Source: an uncultured Gammaproteobacteria bacterium (GTDB taxonomy: Bacteria; Patescibacteriota; Patescibacteriia; VMEV01; CAZAJQ01). From it: a stretch of 64,000 nt of DNA. Shown piece after piece: positions 1 to 8,521 of the stretch. The stretch spans positions 9,716-73,715 of the forward strand of contig CAZAJQ010000006.1 of NCBI GenBank assembly GCA_964485795.1, written 5' to 3'. The notes beneath the pieces are model-generated. The model had not been told where the DNA came from. It saw only the letters and a list, made by a program, of their open reading frames with translations, and did not search any database. The translations under genes and the position numbers were made by a program. Numbering within the stretch: position 1 is the stretch's first letter; each line of letters begins with the position of its first letter.

Positions 1-620
1 GACTTGGTCGCCGAAATCATCGCTTTCTCTTTTGACGGTCGTTTCTTTGCGCAAAAAATGACATTTTCATTGCCAAGTCTTCTCACGATTTCGGATACGA
101 GTTCATGGGCACCCCGATCCGGCGCCACCAAAACCGCTTGGCTCATTTCCAAAGGAATCTGTAGAATGACGTGTGTAAGAATATCGGCGCCGCTGATCTC
201 GAAAAGCGCTTTTCTTCCAATATACGAACGAACTCGATCGCTGTGAAGATGGCAGGATATGATAATATCAGCTCCGGATTTTTTGAGCATATTGGCCATC
301 AATCGCGCTGTGATCGGCTCTCCTGGCTCAACGATGCGATCCTGCTTTTCATAGGCGAAATACGGAAGAAGAAGATATATTTTCTTCGCACCGTTTTCCC
401 GTAAGGCGTTGAGAAGCACGCAAAGCTTGAAAAAATGATCGCAAGGAGGGATCGTCTCCGAGAAGACCGCGACATCTTTACCTTTCACCCCTTCCAATAC
501 CTTGATCATGATTTCTCCGTCGGAAAACTGCATCTCCTCCATATTCGCGGAGGAAAAGTATCCCGACTTCAAAAGCGCTTTTTTATAATCTTCATTGTTT
601 GATAGCGAGAAGAGAAGCAT
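1..620 (-). CDS. prs: ribose-phosphate pyrophosphokinase (PRPP synthetase), partial; C-terminus lies beyond the window start
   Basis: Minus-strand translation from an ATG at 620 gives MLLFSLSNNEDYKKALLKSGYFSSANMEEMQFSDGEIMIKVLEGVKGKDVAVFSE...KIYLLLPYFAYEKQDRIVEPGEPITARLMANMLKKSGADIIISCHLHS. This matches the Prs N-terminal domain, including the RFSDGE-like and PYFGYARQDRK-like motifs. The frame is open to position 1. This ORF is absent from the supplied track because it is partial. Confidence 0.75.
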   Translation of the reverse strand, partial: MLLFSLSNNEDYKKALLKSGYFSSANMEEMQFSDGEIMIKVLEGVKGKDVAVFSETIPPCDHFFKLCVLLNALRENGAKKIYLLLPYFAYEKQDRIVEPGEPITARLMANMLKKSGADIIISCHLHSDRVRSYIGRKALFEISGADILTHVILQIPLEMSQAVLVAPDRGAHELVSEIVRRLGNENVIFCAKKRPSKEKAMISATK

Positions 621-668
621 AGGTTCATTTCTTTTGGAACTCAAAAAATATGATCGATCATAATCGCG

Positions 669-1337
669 TCATGATGACGGCCGTGCAAGGTGCGAATTAA
701 AACGATTTCGTGCGATTTCCAATAATTGTTTCACCTCATCATCTTCCACCTGCCGGAAATCCTTGTAAAAAGCGCCTACGGAACCAAACAGCCGAGGAGC
801 GTCAAGAAAAATGAGCTCGTCGCACAACGATTGCATTTCGGAAACCAGTTCGTGCGGCAAGACGGGAACGGCGACGACGATCTTTTTTGCACCGTGTCGC
901 TTCGCATACGCTATCGCGGCCTTCATGGTGTATCCCGTGGCAATGCCGTCGTCAACGAGTATGACCGCCGAATCCTTCAAGGGATACGATTTTCTTCCGG
1001 CTCTCAGGAGATGTTCTTTTGCCATGATTTTTGAGAGAATTTCTTTTTGTTTTTGGACGATATATTCTTTTGAAATGCCATACTCGGCAATCATGGATTC
1101 ATTCAGCATGGCGCAATCTTTCGAAGCGATGGCTCCGATCGCGAGCTCCTCATTTCCCGGGGCTGGTATTTTTTTACTGACGATGATATCCAAAGGAGCC
1201 GACAGATATTCCGATATTTCAAACGCCGGCACCACGCCTCCTCGGGGCAATCCGATGATAAGCGCATCCTTGCCTCGATAGAGAAGAAGTTTTTTGGCCA
1301 GCACATCCCCGGCTTCCTTTCGATCATGAAACATCAT
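669..1337 (-). CDS. phosphoribosyltransferase-domain protein (COG1926-like predicted PRTase)
   Basis: 222-aa ORF. It has a PRTase-fold PRPP-binding loop ILVDDGIATGYTMKAAI and an N-terminal LIIGLPRGGVVPAFEIS segment. It lies directly upstream of prs on the same strand. Confidence 0.65.
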   Translation of the reverse strand: MMFHDRKEAGDVLAKKLLLYRGKDALIIGLPRGGVVPAFEISEYLSAPLDIIVSKKIPAPGNEELAIGAIASKDCAMLNESMIAEYGISKEYIVQKQKEILSKIMAKEHLLRAGRKSYPLKDSAVILVDDGIATGYTMKAAIAYAKRHGAKKIVVAVPVLPHELVSEMQSLCDELIFLDAPRLFGSVGAFYKDFRQVEDDEVKQLLEIARNRFNSHLARPSS

Positions 1338-1486
1338 AAGTTTTCTTTAATTGCTTTCATTATATGACAAGAACTGCTGATGCGACAGATGGGCGATGCG
1401 AACTCTTGTAAAATTCCATCTCTCGCGTTTTCTATCAAATTTTATTTGCCTTTGACGGTGCTTTTTGTCAGACTTATGAAGTTCTA

Positions 1487-1514
1487 TTGCAATTTCATTC
1501 AATCGGTTCATAAT
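1487..1514 (+). promoter_or_regulatory. candidate sigma70-type promoter for tRNA-Arg (TTGCAA-16-CATAAT)
   Basis: TTGCAA at 1487-1492 and CATAAT at 1509-1514 with a 16-nt spacer. The tRNA 5' end at 1523 is 8 nt downstream of the -10 hexamer. Confidence 0.4.
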
Positions 1515-1522
1515 CGACTCAT

Positions 1523-1597
1523 GTCCCTATAGTTTAATGGATAAAACACAGGTTTCCGAAGCCTGCGATGGAGGTTCGATTCCCCCTGGGGACACCA
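1523..1597 (+). tRNA. tRNA-Arg (anticodon CCG), CCA encoded
   Basis: Cloverleaf read by eye. Acceptor stem GTCCCTA/TGGGGAC. D-arm GTTT-AATGGATA-AAAC. Anticodon stem CAGGT/GCCTG with loop TTCCGAA, giving anticodon CCG. T-arm GGAGG-TTCGATT-CCCCC with one A.C mismatch. Discriminator A followed by CCA. Confidence 0.8.
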
Positions 1598-1640
1598 ATC
1601 ATTTTCATACATTTCCTCCAAAATAATATTCATGTCAATA

Positions 1641-1676
1641 AAAAAAAACAGGAAAGATCGTATTCTTCCCTGTTTG
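1641..1676 (-). terminator. intrinsic terminator downstream of the 765-aa ORF
   Basis: On the minus strand: ACAGGGAAGA-ATACGA-TCTTTCCTGT hairpin followed by a run of nine T. It sits immediately 3' of the stop at 1683. Confidence 0.5.
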
Positions 1677-1682
1677 GTATGG

Positions 1683-3980
1683 TCAATAAATATCTTTTCT
1701 ATCTTCCACATAAAAATAGAAATGATCCCCCTCAAGTTTGAAAAGGATTCGAAGCGGATCGCAGCGTAACCTCCACAACCCGCGGGTTTTCCCGATAAGT
1801 CCATTTACTTTTCGCTGGAGTCGCATCCTGTCGCTGGGTGTGGCCAAGAGATATCCGGCGATTTTTTCCAATATCTTCTCACCAGAAATGGAAAATCCGA
1901 ATGGCTCAAAATACACTGCGAATGCTTCACAGGTTGGTTCAATGATTTCAAAAGCGCTGAAATCTTTACCTTTGCTGATCTCGAGCGTATACACTACCGG
2001 TGATACCTCTACAGCATCGATGACCGGCTTATCCTTCTCATCCCATTCACGCCCTTCGTATTTCCGCTTTCTCCTGCCGGTTTGAAAATCAGATTTTTTT
2101 TGTCCGTCCTTTCTTTCCAAGAGCATATCTCTCACAGTGAGGCAGACAAGCTCGAGAAACAGTGCACGAAAATTATCGCTCACTTTTTCTCGCCAGCTCA
2201 CTTCCACAAGTTTTCTTGCAAGCTGCTCTTCGAAATCGCTTCCATGAAATGTTTTTCCTCCGGATGAAAAAAAATTTTCTTCGCATTGGGCAATCTTCTT
2301 GCATTGTGAAAACATTTTCACTATTTTACTGCCCAAGGTAAAATACTTCTTCCCAAACGCATCGTTGATCTCTTTCCTATCGGCTTCAATCAGACTGAAA
2401 AAACGATCTTGCGATTTTTCAAAAGCTCTTTCCTTGTCCTTCATTGAAACATCAACGAGCATTTGTGAGGCTCGAAAAATCAAATATTCAAAAATCTCGG
2501 TGAGATCGTTTACGTTCGTATAACGACGCTCATGTCCAAAAAACTCGGAAATCATGGCGGACTCTTTTTCCGGATATTTGCTGATATAGTGGCGCAAATC
2601 CGCTAATGAGCTCAAGGCATTTTCTTTCTCCTTGATTGCCATAGTTCGCCGCTCTTTTTCGAGTTCATTTCGCCGGCTGACATCGTCTTTGCGTCCCAGG
2701 AGCGAACTGAATTTCCCCAGCTTTGGAGCGATTTCCAATGCTCTCTCATAGAGTTTTTTCCCGACAAGGAGCGCAAAAAGGCAATCCATCTCATGCTCGT
2801 GCCGCTTATTGGGCTGAATCATGACTATCTTCTCAACGGGAAGTTTTTGAAATTTTCCCGCCCATTCATAAAGGCTTTGTGATTCGTCCTTCAGTAATTG
2901 GGCGAAGCCCAGTGACGCAAATTCCTCTCGGAATTTGAGGTATTCGATAACTTCAGACACATCATGTCTTCTCCCTTCATACATGCTATCCAAAGCTTCA
3001 ACATATTTTTTTCTCCTTGCCTCCAGCTCTAGGTCGTGTCGTTTTATCACCGCTGATTCAAGCTCATCATATCGCTCCCAATAAAGGAAATAGATGACTT
3101 GATCGATGAGTTTTTCGTATGATTCCTTCTCTTGAGACCGCTCCGTTGCCTCATCATAATAGGTAACCGTTTTTTGCAGCGTCTCAAAATCGTCGTCATA
3201 CGCCGCCGTCATGATTTTCAGCAGCACCTTGAGCAGGTAGGACGGGCACATGACAGACAGATTCACCGCCTTGATCAAGGCATGCATGGTACCGTCGTCC
3301 AAAAAACTCAACAAATCCGGAATGTCTTTCACACCTTCGAAAAATCGACATTTCATCTTCCATTGAGCCACGATGCGCCGAAGCAAGCCCTCATTTTCCA
3401 TCAATTCACCGCAATATTCCAGAAAAGTATCCATGTCATTGTTATCGGTTTTCGATGCATTGACTCGAAAATCAAATAACTTGCAAATGCTGTTCCATTC
3501 CCCCAGCCAAAATGAAAAGCACATTGCGCATGTTCTTTTTTCAAGCATTATATTCTCTCTCCCACATGTGGAAATATAATCTGCCATGACCATCTGAAAT
3601 TCTTCCTTCATGCCATAACAAAAATAGGTGAATAATCCTTCTTGCTGATAGTGAATGGAGCTTGGATTACATTTTCGCGCAGCGGCGACCAGTGCCAGCC
3701 TCATCTCTTTTTTTTCACTTTCTTTCACTATGACCTGTTCATCCATAAGCAAAGAGAAAGCATTATCAAACATGAGCTCGGTCGGAGGTGGCGACAATTC
3801 TATCGCCTTCATATAGCATCTCAAAGCGCTCACATACTTTCTCTTCAGAAAATTGAGATCTCCGGCGAGATGCATGGGATTGATCGTCCCGTCAATTTTC
3901 AGTTTCACTTTTTTCATGATACGTTCCTTTTTAAACTGTAACGAAACATTCCAAAACAACAATTTTTTATTGTAACCCAT
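1683..3980 (-). CDS. large hypothetical protein (up to 765 aa; likely ATG at 3917 giving MKKVKLKID...) with a C-terminal RelE/ParE-fold toxin-like domain
   Basis: Uninterrupted 2.3-kb ORF. The N-terminal 650 aa are mostly helical and include a TPR-like start (YVSALRCYMKAIELSP). The last 100 aa, VYTLEISKGKDF...GLWRLRCDPLRILFKLEGDHFYFYVEDRKDIY, align with the RelE/ParE consensus (…LYRIRVGDYRIIYEIDDENKIIYILKIGHRKDVY), including the conserved Arg residues and terminal Tyr. Confidence 0.6.
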   Translation of the reverse strand: MGYNKKLLFWNVSLQFKKERIMKKVKLKIDGTINPMHLAGDLNFLKRKYVSALRCYMKAIELSPPPTELMFDNAFSLLMDEQVIVKESEKKEMRLALVAAARKCNPSSIHYQQEGLFTYFCYGMKEEFQMVMADYISTCGRENIMLEKRTCAMCFSFWLGEWNSICKLFDFRVNASKTDNNDMDTFLEYCGELMENEGLLRRIVAQWKMKCRFFEGVKDIPDLLSFLDDGTMHALIKAVNLSVMCPSYLLKVLLKIMTAAYDDDFETLQKTVTYYDEATERSQEKESYEKLIDQVIYFLYWERYDELESAVIKRHDLELEARRKKYVEALDSMYEGRRHDVSEVIEYLKFREEFASLGFAQLLKDESQSLYEWAGKFQKLPVEKIVMIQPNKRHEHEMDCLFALLVGKKLYERALEIAPKLGKFSSLLGRKDDVSRRNELEKERRTMAIKEKENALSSLADLRHYISKYPEKESAMISEFFGHERRYTNVNDLTEIFEYLIFRASQMLVDVSMKDKERAFEKSQDRFFSLIEADRKEINDAFGKKYFTLGSKIVKMFSQCKKIAQCEENFFSSGGKTFHGSDFEEQLARKLVEVSWREKVSDNFRALFLELVCLTVRDMLLERKDGQKKSDFQTGRRKRKYEGREWDEKDKPVIDAVEVSPVVYTLEISKGKDFSAFEIIEPTCEAFAVYFEPFGFSISGEKILEKIAGYLLATPSDRMRLQRKVNGLIGKTRGLWRLRCDPLRILFKLEGDHFYFYVEDRKDIY

Positions 3981-4089
3981 TCAATAATTATTGTCAAAAT
4001 ATCTTTTTATTATGGACTATCATTAGCGATAACAAAAAAATCTCCATAAAGAGATTTTTTTGCGAGTGATTTTAAAAAAGAATGGATTT

Positions 4090-4329
4090 TTATTTTTTCA
4101 TCATGTCCATCCCGGAACACATCATGCAATCCTTTTTATGCGTTACGAGAATATACAGAGCCGAAAGACCGACAGCCGCATAAATGACACGCGCAACCGT
4201 TGAGCTCATGCCTCCGAGAAGAGACGCTACGAGGTCGTATTGAAAAAATCCGACCAATCCCCAGTTAAGTCCTCCGATAAGAAGCAGGAGGAAAGCAAGC
4301 ATATGGAGTCCGCTTTTGTTTTGGGACAT
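4090..4329 (-). CDS. DUF378-family small membrane protein
   Basis: 79 aa with two predicted TM helices. The motif LLLLIGGLNWGLVGFFQYDLVASLLGG matches the DUF378 signature (INWGLVG…FDLVA…GG). Confidence 0.55.
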   Translation of the reverse strand: MSQNKSGLHMLAFLLLLIGGLNWGLVGFFQYDLVASLLGGMSSTVARVIYAAVGLSALYILVTHKKDCMMCSGMDMMKK

Positions 4330-4814
4330 AAATGAAATAAATTAAGAATAAAAAAGCTTAGAGATGATGAACTTTATTTATAATAGCATCATCGCTACGG
4401 ATATCATAATTTTTGTCAAGGATTTTAAAGAATCAGCATGGCATCCCCAAACGAGTAGAGATGGTATCTCTCCGCAATAGCAAATCGGTCATCAATATAT
4501 CGACGATTCGAAAATCACATGAGGAACGAAAAAGAATATCCTCCTTGAGCAGATCTATCGCGCAACGACGATTCTTCGAGGGAAAGAGTATCATCATTGA
4601 TATCGACCATCAATGCATTTGACGCAGCATCACCCCATTTGATACATTTTCTGATAAAGAAGGCTCACTTCTTCTTTTTTAATTGATCCAATATTTCGTC
4701 ATGCTACATTTTTTCTGAGATGACTGCAGAAAACAAAAAAAATCTGTAACCATTCCATGTCCATGCAAAATTTATTCTCAGTGAACCGTTTTTGAGCAAT
4801 AATTTTCTCTCTAT

Positions 4815-4885
4815 TCCGGGATCGTCTAATGGTAGGACGCCTGACTCTGAATCAGGTAATCGGGGTTCGAATCCCTGTCCCGGAG
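4815..4885 (+). tRNA. tRNA-Gln (anticodon CUG), CCA not encoded
   Basis: Acceptor stem TCCGGGA/TCCCGGA. D-arm GTCT-AATGGTA-GGAC. Anticodon stem CCTGA/TCAGG with loop CTCTGAA, giving anticodon CUG. T-arm CGGGG-TTCGAAT-CCCTG. Discriminator G. Confidence 0.8.
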
Positions 4886-5042
4886 TGAAGTAGAGCCCCT
4901 ACGGGGCACACTTCACTCCATGGAGGGTGTTCGTCTGAGTTACGCGAAGACGAGCTCTCCTCCATGCGAGCGAGGCGGAACTTTAATATCCATCAAACAA
5001 TATTCAATCATTCTCAAAAAATATTCCTTCATGACCTCCTTT

Positions 5043-6779
5043 TCAAACCACCACTTCACCCTCAAAAACATCGAGGATGTTTTGTAAGCCGCTGTCTTTT
5101 GGTTCTGCCGGTAAATCGTTGATTCCACTCACTTCTTTGTGTTTTTCCGATTCGATCGATAACGTGGGATCGAGAACGCATTCAAACCGAAATTTTTTTC
5201 CGGAAACGTCGGTAAATATATCCTCCATAATCCTCATATTCTGCATTTTCATGATCAATTCCTGATGCAGGGGAAATTTGACTCCCAAAGTCCCTTTTCC
5301 ATCATTCGCGTTTAAAAGCAACGTGTTTTTTAAGACTATCGCCAAAGACGGCTGTTTTTTTGCAATCTCCGATTTTGCCATATTCCAAAAACCTCGCGCT
5401 TCTAGAAGACTCATGCTTTCGCCGACATTGGAAACATCCCGTTTATCGGTTTCAATCGTCGCTTCGGGACGACTCTGAACGTGATTTCCGCGTTTGAGCG
5501 TATGCTTGACCATATCTTTTGACGCATTGTTTGCGAAAATCACGGCGTCAGAATGAGCCTTGCCTGTGGCGCTTTCATACACGCTCCCTTGAGGGCGTGG
5601 AGGTCTCTGCGAGTGCTCGGCCCATTCATCGGAGCGAACGATTTTTACTTCCGAAAATGCGGTCATATCATTAGCATTTGCCGCATTCCCTTCATAGCAT
5701 ATTTCAATAACCGCCAATTCCAAAGGTAATTGCACCATTTCCAAATTTTTGAGCTGCAATTTTTTTTCCAATAAAACATCCAACATACGTTTCAGCTGTC
5801 TCATGTCAGCGGCGGTAATCAGTTCTTTCAGACGCCCCTCATCCTCCTTTGAAACGATTTCATCAAAAGAGGTCAACGAACCGTCTACCTTTGCGAGAAG
5901 CATTTTTCGAACGATTTCCAGCGCATCACCGGTAAACGCCTCCAGAGAAACGCCCTCATAGACCATATCCTGCAGCATTTTCAAAGCCGCCGATGATTTT
6001 TTCCCGATGAGCAGATCCAAAAATGCGATCGCGAGCTTCATGTGCGTCTTTGGCAAAACCAGCTCGGCCAATTCCATGGTGATCTCTCCTTCGCCAAGTG
6101 ACATGACCTGGCTCAAACGACTGACAGCGTCGCGCAAAAAACCGCCGGACACCGAAGCGATATGCCTCAAGACATCGTCGCTCACCGCGACGTCTTCATT
6201 GGTGGCGATGAATTTCAAGCGCTCGTAGATTTCTTGGCTGTCGATTTTTTTAAAATCAAATCGCTGCGCCCGCGAGACGATCGTGTCCGGCAATTTATGT
6301 ATCTCCGTGGTGGCGAGAATGAAAACGACATGCGACGGCGGCTCTTCGAGCGTTTTCAGAAGCGCGTTAAACGATGACAAGGAGAGCATATGCACTTCAT
6401 CCAGGATGAATATCTTGTACTTGCCGGCCTGACCCGCGGTACGAGCATTGGCGATGATATTTTGACGGATATTCTCCACGCCCGTATGAGAGGCGGCGTC
6501 CACCTCGATCACATCCATGGATCGCTGTTCCATGATGGCCATACATGATTCGCAGGCATTGCATGGCTCGGATTGGCCTTCTTTGCGACAATCGCAATTG
6601 AGCGCCTTGCTCATGATGCGCGCCAAGGTCGTCTTGCCTATTCCCCTGGGACCGCAAAAAATATAGGCGTGCGCGATTTTTCCATTGGCAATCTCGTTTT
6701 GCAACGTAAGTTTGATGGGATTTTGCCCGGTCACTTCTGCAAAACTTTTGGGACGATACAAAAAATTGATGTTTTTCAT
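5043..6779 (-). CDS. dnaX: DNA polymerase III subunit gamma/tau
   Basis: 578 aa. Walker A GPRGIGKTT. Zinc-module cysteines CDCRKEGQSEPCNACESC. The clamp-loader box FILDEVHMLS and the sensor motif TIVSRAQRF are present. Confidence 0.9.
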   Translation of the reverse strand: MKNINFLYRPKSFAEVTGQNPIKLTLQNEIANGKIAHAYIFCGPRGIGKTTLARIMSKALNCDCRKEGQSEPCNACESCMAIMEQRSMDVIEVDAASHTGVENIRQNIIANARTAGQAGKYKIFILDEVHMLSLSSFNALLKTLEEPPSHVVFILATTEIHKLPDTIVSRAQRFDFKKIDSQEIYERLKFIATNEDVAVSDDVLRHIASVSGGFLRDAVSRLSQVMSLGEGEITMELAELVLPKTHMKLAIAFLDLLIGKKSSAALKMLQDMVYEGVSLEAFTGDALEIVRKMLLAKVDGSLTSFDEIVSKEDEGRLKELITAADMRQLKRMLDVLLEKKLQLKNLEMVQLPLELAVIEICYEGNAANANDMTAFSEVKIVRSDEWAEHSQRPPRPQGSVYESATGKAHSDAVIFANNASKDMVKHTLKRGNHVQSRPEATIETDKRDVSNVGESMSLLEARGFWNMAKSEIAKKQPSLAIVLKNTLLLNANDGKGTLGVKFPLHQELIMKMQNMRIMEDIFTDVSGKKFRFECVLDPTLSIESEKHKEVSGINDLPAEPKDSGLQNILDVFEGEVVV

Positions 6780-6846
6780 AATTCATGACAGATTCAGTGA
6801 ACGTATTGTACTATGCGGCCAGCGACTTTTCAATGAAACGCGACAA

Positions 6847-6879
6847 TAAAAAAATCCCCGGATCATGGGGATCTTTATT
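6847..6879 (-). terminator. intrinsic terminator (bidirectional-looking hairpin)
   Basis: Plus-strand AAAAAAATCCCC-GGATCAT-GGGGATCTTTATT. On the minus strand this reads as a GC stem followed by a run of seven T, just 3' of the gene ending at 6898. Confidence 0.45.
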
Positions 6880-6897
6880 CATCGGAATGAATATGTA

Positions 6898-7461
6898 TTA
6901 CAGACCAAGTTCAGCTTCGGCGTCAATGGGTTTGCTGATGATATTTTCCACGGCCGCCCATACGCATCCTCGTTCGCGAGGTACAAGGATCACCACTTCA
7001 TCACCGGGTTTTCCACGAAAATACGTGATGCTGGCCAAAAGCACCCGATACACGGACTTTCCCACGATCACATGATATTCACCGGTCTCTTCATCCCGTG
7101 CGAGCATTCCTCGCAGTCTATCACGGTCAATGGGTTTGATCTGCTTATAGATGAACGACCCGTCCATTCCGATGGACAGCTTGAGACGATCCCCCTCGAC
7201 GAGTTTTGATTTTGACGCATAATTCGCGGACATCGAGTATTCCTTGCCATCGTCTCCGATCATTTTCGTCCCGTCAAAAATACCCTCAATCACCGACGCA
7301 TCGCTTTTCCCGAGATCCTTGTCGTCGATCGTCAGGGACAGCTTGGATACATCCATATCCTCATGGCTCAGGTCGCTGGCAAGGAGCTTTCTCACCATCG
7401 CCACTTCGTTTTCGATATTTTCAACGATTTTTAGAGCGATTTTTATTTTTTCTTGGTTCAT
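6898..7461 (-). CDS. hypothetical protein
   Basis: 187-aa ORF in a clean intergenic context with a terminator downstream. No family recognised by eye. Confidence 0.45.
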   Translation of the reverse strand: MNQEKIKIALKIVENIENEVAMVRKLLASDLSHEDMDVSKLSLTIDDKDLGKSDASVIEGIFDGTKMIGDDGKEYSMSANYASKSKLVEGDRLKLSIGMDGSFIYKQIKPIDRDRLRGMLARDEETGEYHVIVGKSVYRVLLASITYFRGKPGDEVVILVPRERGCVWAAVENIISKPIDAEAELGL

Positions 7462-7585
7462 AGTCAGACGCTTGTGGATAAGTTATATTGACCGCAACGT
7501 TACCTCGATATGATGAGTTTGTCAAGCAAACCGGCGCTGCCGACTTCCTCCCTACCGATGATCAACGCGGCGTTCCTCGGACAGG

Positions 7586-8521
7586 TTGATTCCCCTCTCT
7601 TGTGCTTGCTATACTTCCCTGTTAGTCATGATTTTTTCGCCCACTATGGATCTCTCGGTCATTACCGTCACATGGAATTCCGCGCAACATGTCTTGGAGC
7701 ATTTCAATACGTTTTTTTGCGAACAAAATCCCGTCATGGATCTTAAGTTTGAATATCTCCTCGTGGACAATGCCTCATCCGACGGCACGGTTTCAAAAGT
7801 GAAACGTCATTTTCCTCAAGTGAACATTTTCGAAAACACCGCGAATCTCGGTTTTTCGGCGGCCAACAATCAAGGATTTTCGAAAGCCCGCGGACGATTC
7901 ATTCTCTTTCTGAATCCCGATACGGATATCAGTCTCCTTGAAGTGAAGCATATGATTCTCTGGATGGAGGCGCACCCGGATGTCGCTCTCATCGGGCCGA
8001 GATTTGACGATCGCGACGGTCGGCCGATTTTTGCCGCACTCCCGCGGAGATTCCCAAAAATCTTCGACCAGATCATCATTCTTTTGAAAATCCAACGCAT
8101 TTTCCCTCGACTCATCGATCATTATCTCATGACCGACATGGATCCCTATGCCGAGCAAAAAGTCGACTCTCTTCGCGGGGCATGTTTGCTCGTAAAAAAA
8201 TCCTTCCTCGACAGTCTCGGATATGCGTTTGATCAGCGTTACTTCATTTGGTTTGAAGACGTGGATCTGTGCATGGAAGCGAAAAAACGCAATCTCAAAG
8301 TCATGTATACCCCACAATTTGGGGCGTATGAACGCCTCAGTCAAAGTTTTTTGCAGCAAAATATGTTTTGGAAACATCAAAATTTCTCAAAAAGCATGCT
8401 TCTCTTTTTTCAAAAATGGCATCCTTGGTACGTTTGGATTTGGATAGCCGCTTTAAGACCCGTAAGCCTTGTCTGGGCATGGATGCTCTCTTCCTTGGTT
8501 CAATTAAAGAATCGAATATGA
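7586..8521 (+). CDS. glycosyltransferase family 2 (rhamnosyltransferase-like)
   Basis: GT2 N-terminal signature SVITVTWNSAQHV...YLLVDNASSDGT...NLGFSAANNQG and a DXD-like motif (FLNPDTD). The true start is probably the internal Met near 7631-7649. Confidence 0.8.
   Translation: MIPLSCACYTSLLVMIFSPTMDLSVITVTWNSAQHVLEHFNTFFCEQNPVMDLKFEYLLVDNASSDGTVSKVKRHFPQVNIFENTANLGFSAANNQGFSKARGRFILFLNPDTDISLLEVKHMILWMEAHPDVALIGPRFDDRDGRPIFAALPRRFPKIFDQIIILLKIQRIFPRLIDHYLMTDMDPYAEQKVDSLRGACLLVKKSFLDSLGYAFDQRYFIWFEDVDLCMEAKKRNLKVMYTPQFGAYERLSQSFLQQNMFWKHQNFSKSMLLFFQKWHPWYVWIWIAALRPVSLVWAWMLSSLVQLKNRI

Noticed and set aside
1683-1990. Separate 102-aa RelE gene starting at an in-frame GTG
   Set aside because: It is possible but not preferred. 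The same frame stays open for another 2 kb upstream with normal coding composition, and there is no intervening RBS-like gap. It is reported as an alternative in the findings.
4413-4622. 69-aa plus-strand ORF in the DUF378 to tRNA-Gln spacer
   Set aside because: Short, no RBS context, and basic low-complexity composition. It is probably noncoding.
4886-5042. Possibility of an SRP RNA, tmRNA or 6S RNA gene next to tRNA-Gln
   Set aside because: No SRP domain-IV GGAA/AGCA motif and no tRNA-like tmRNA ends. It is kept only as an unexplained pair of hairpins.
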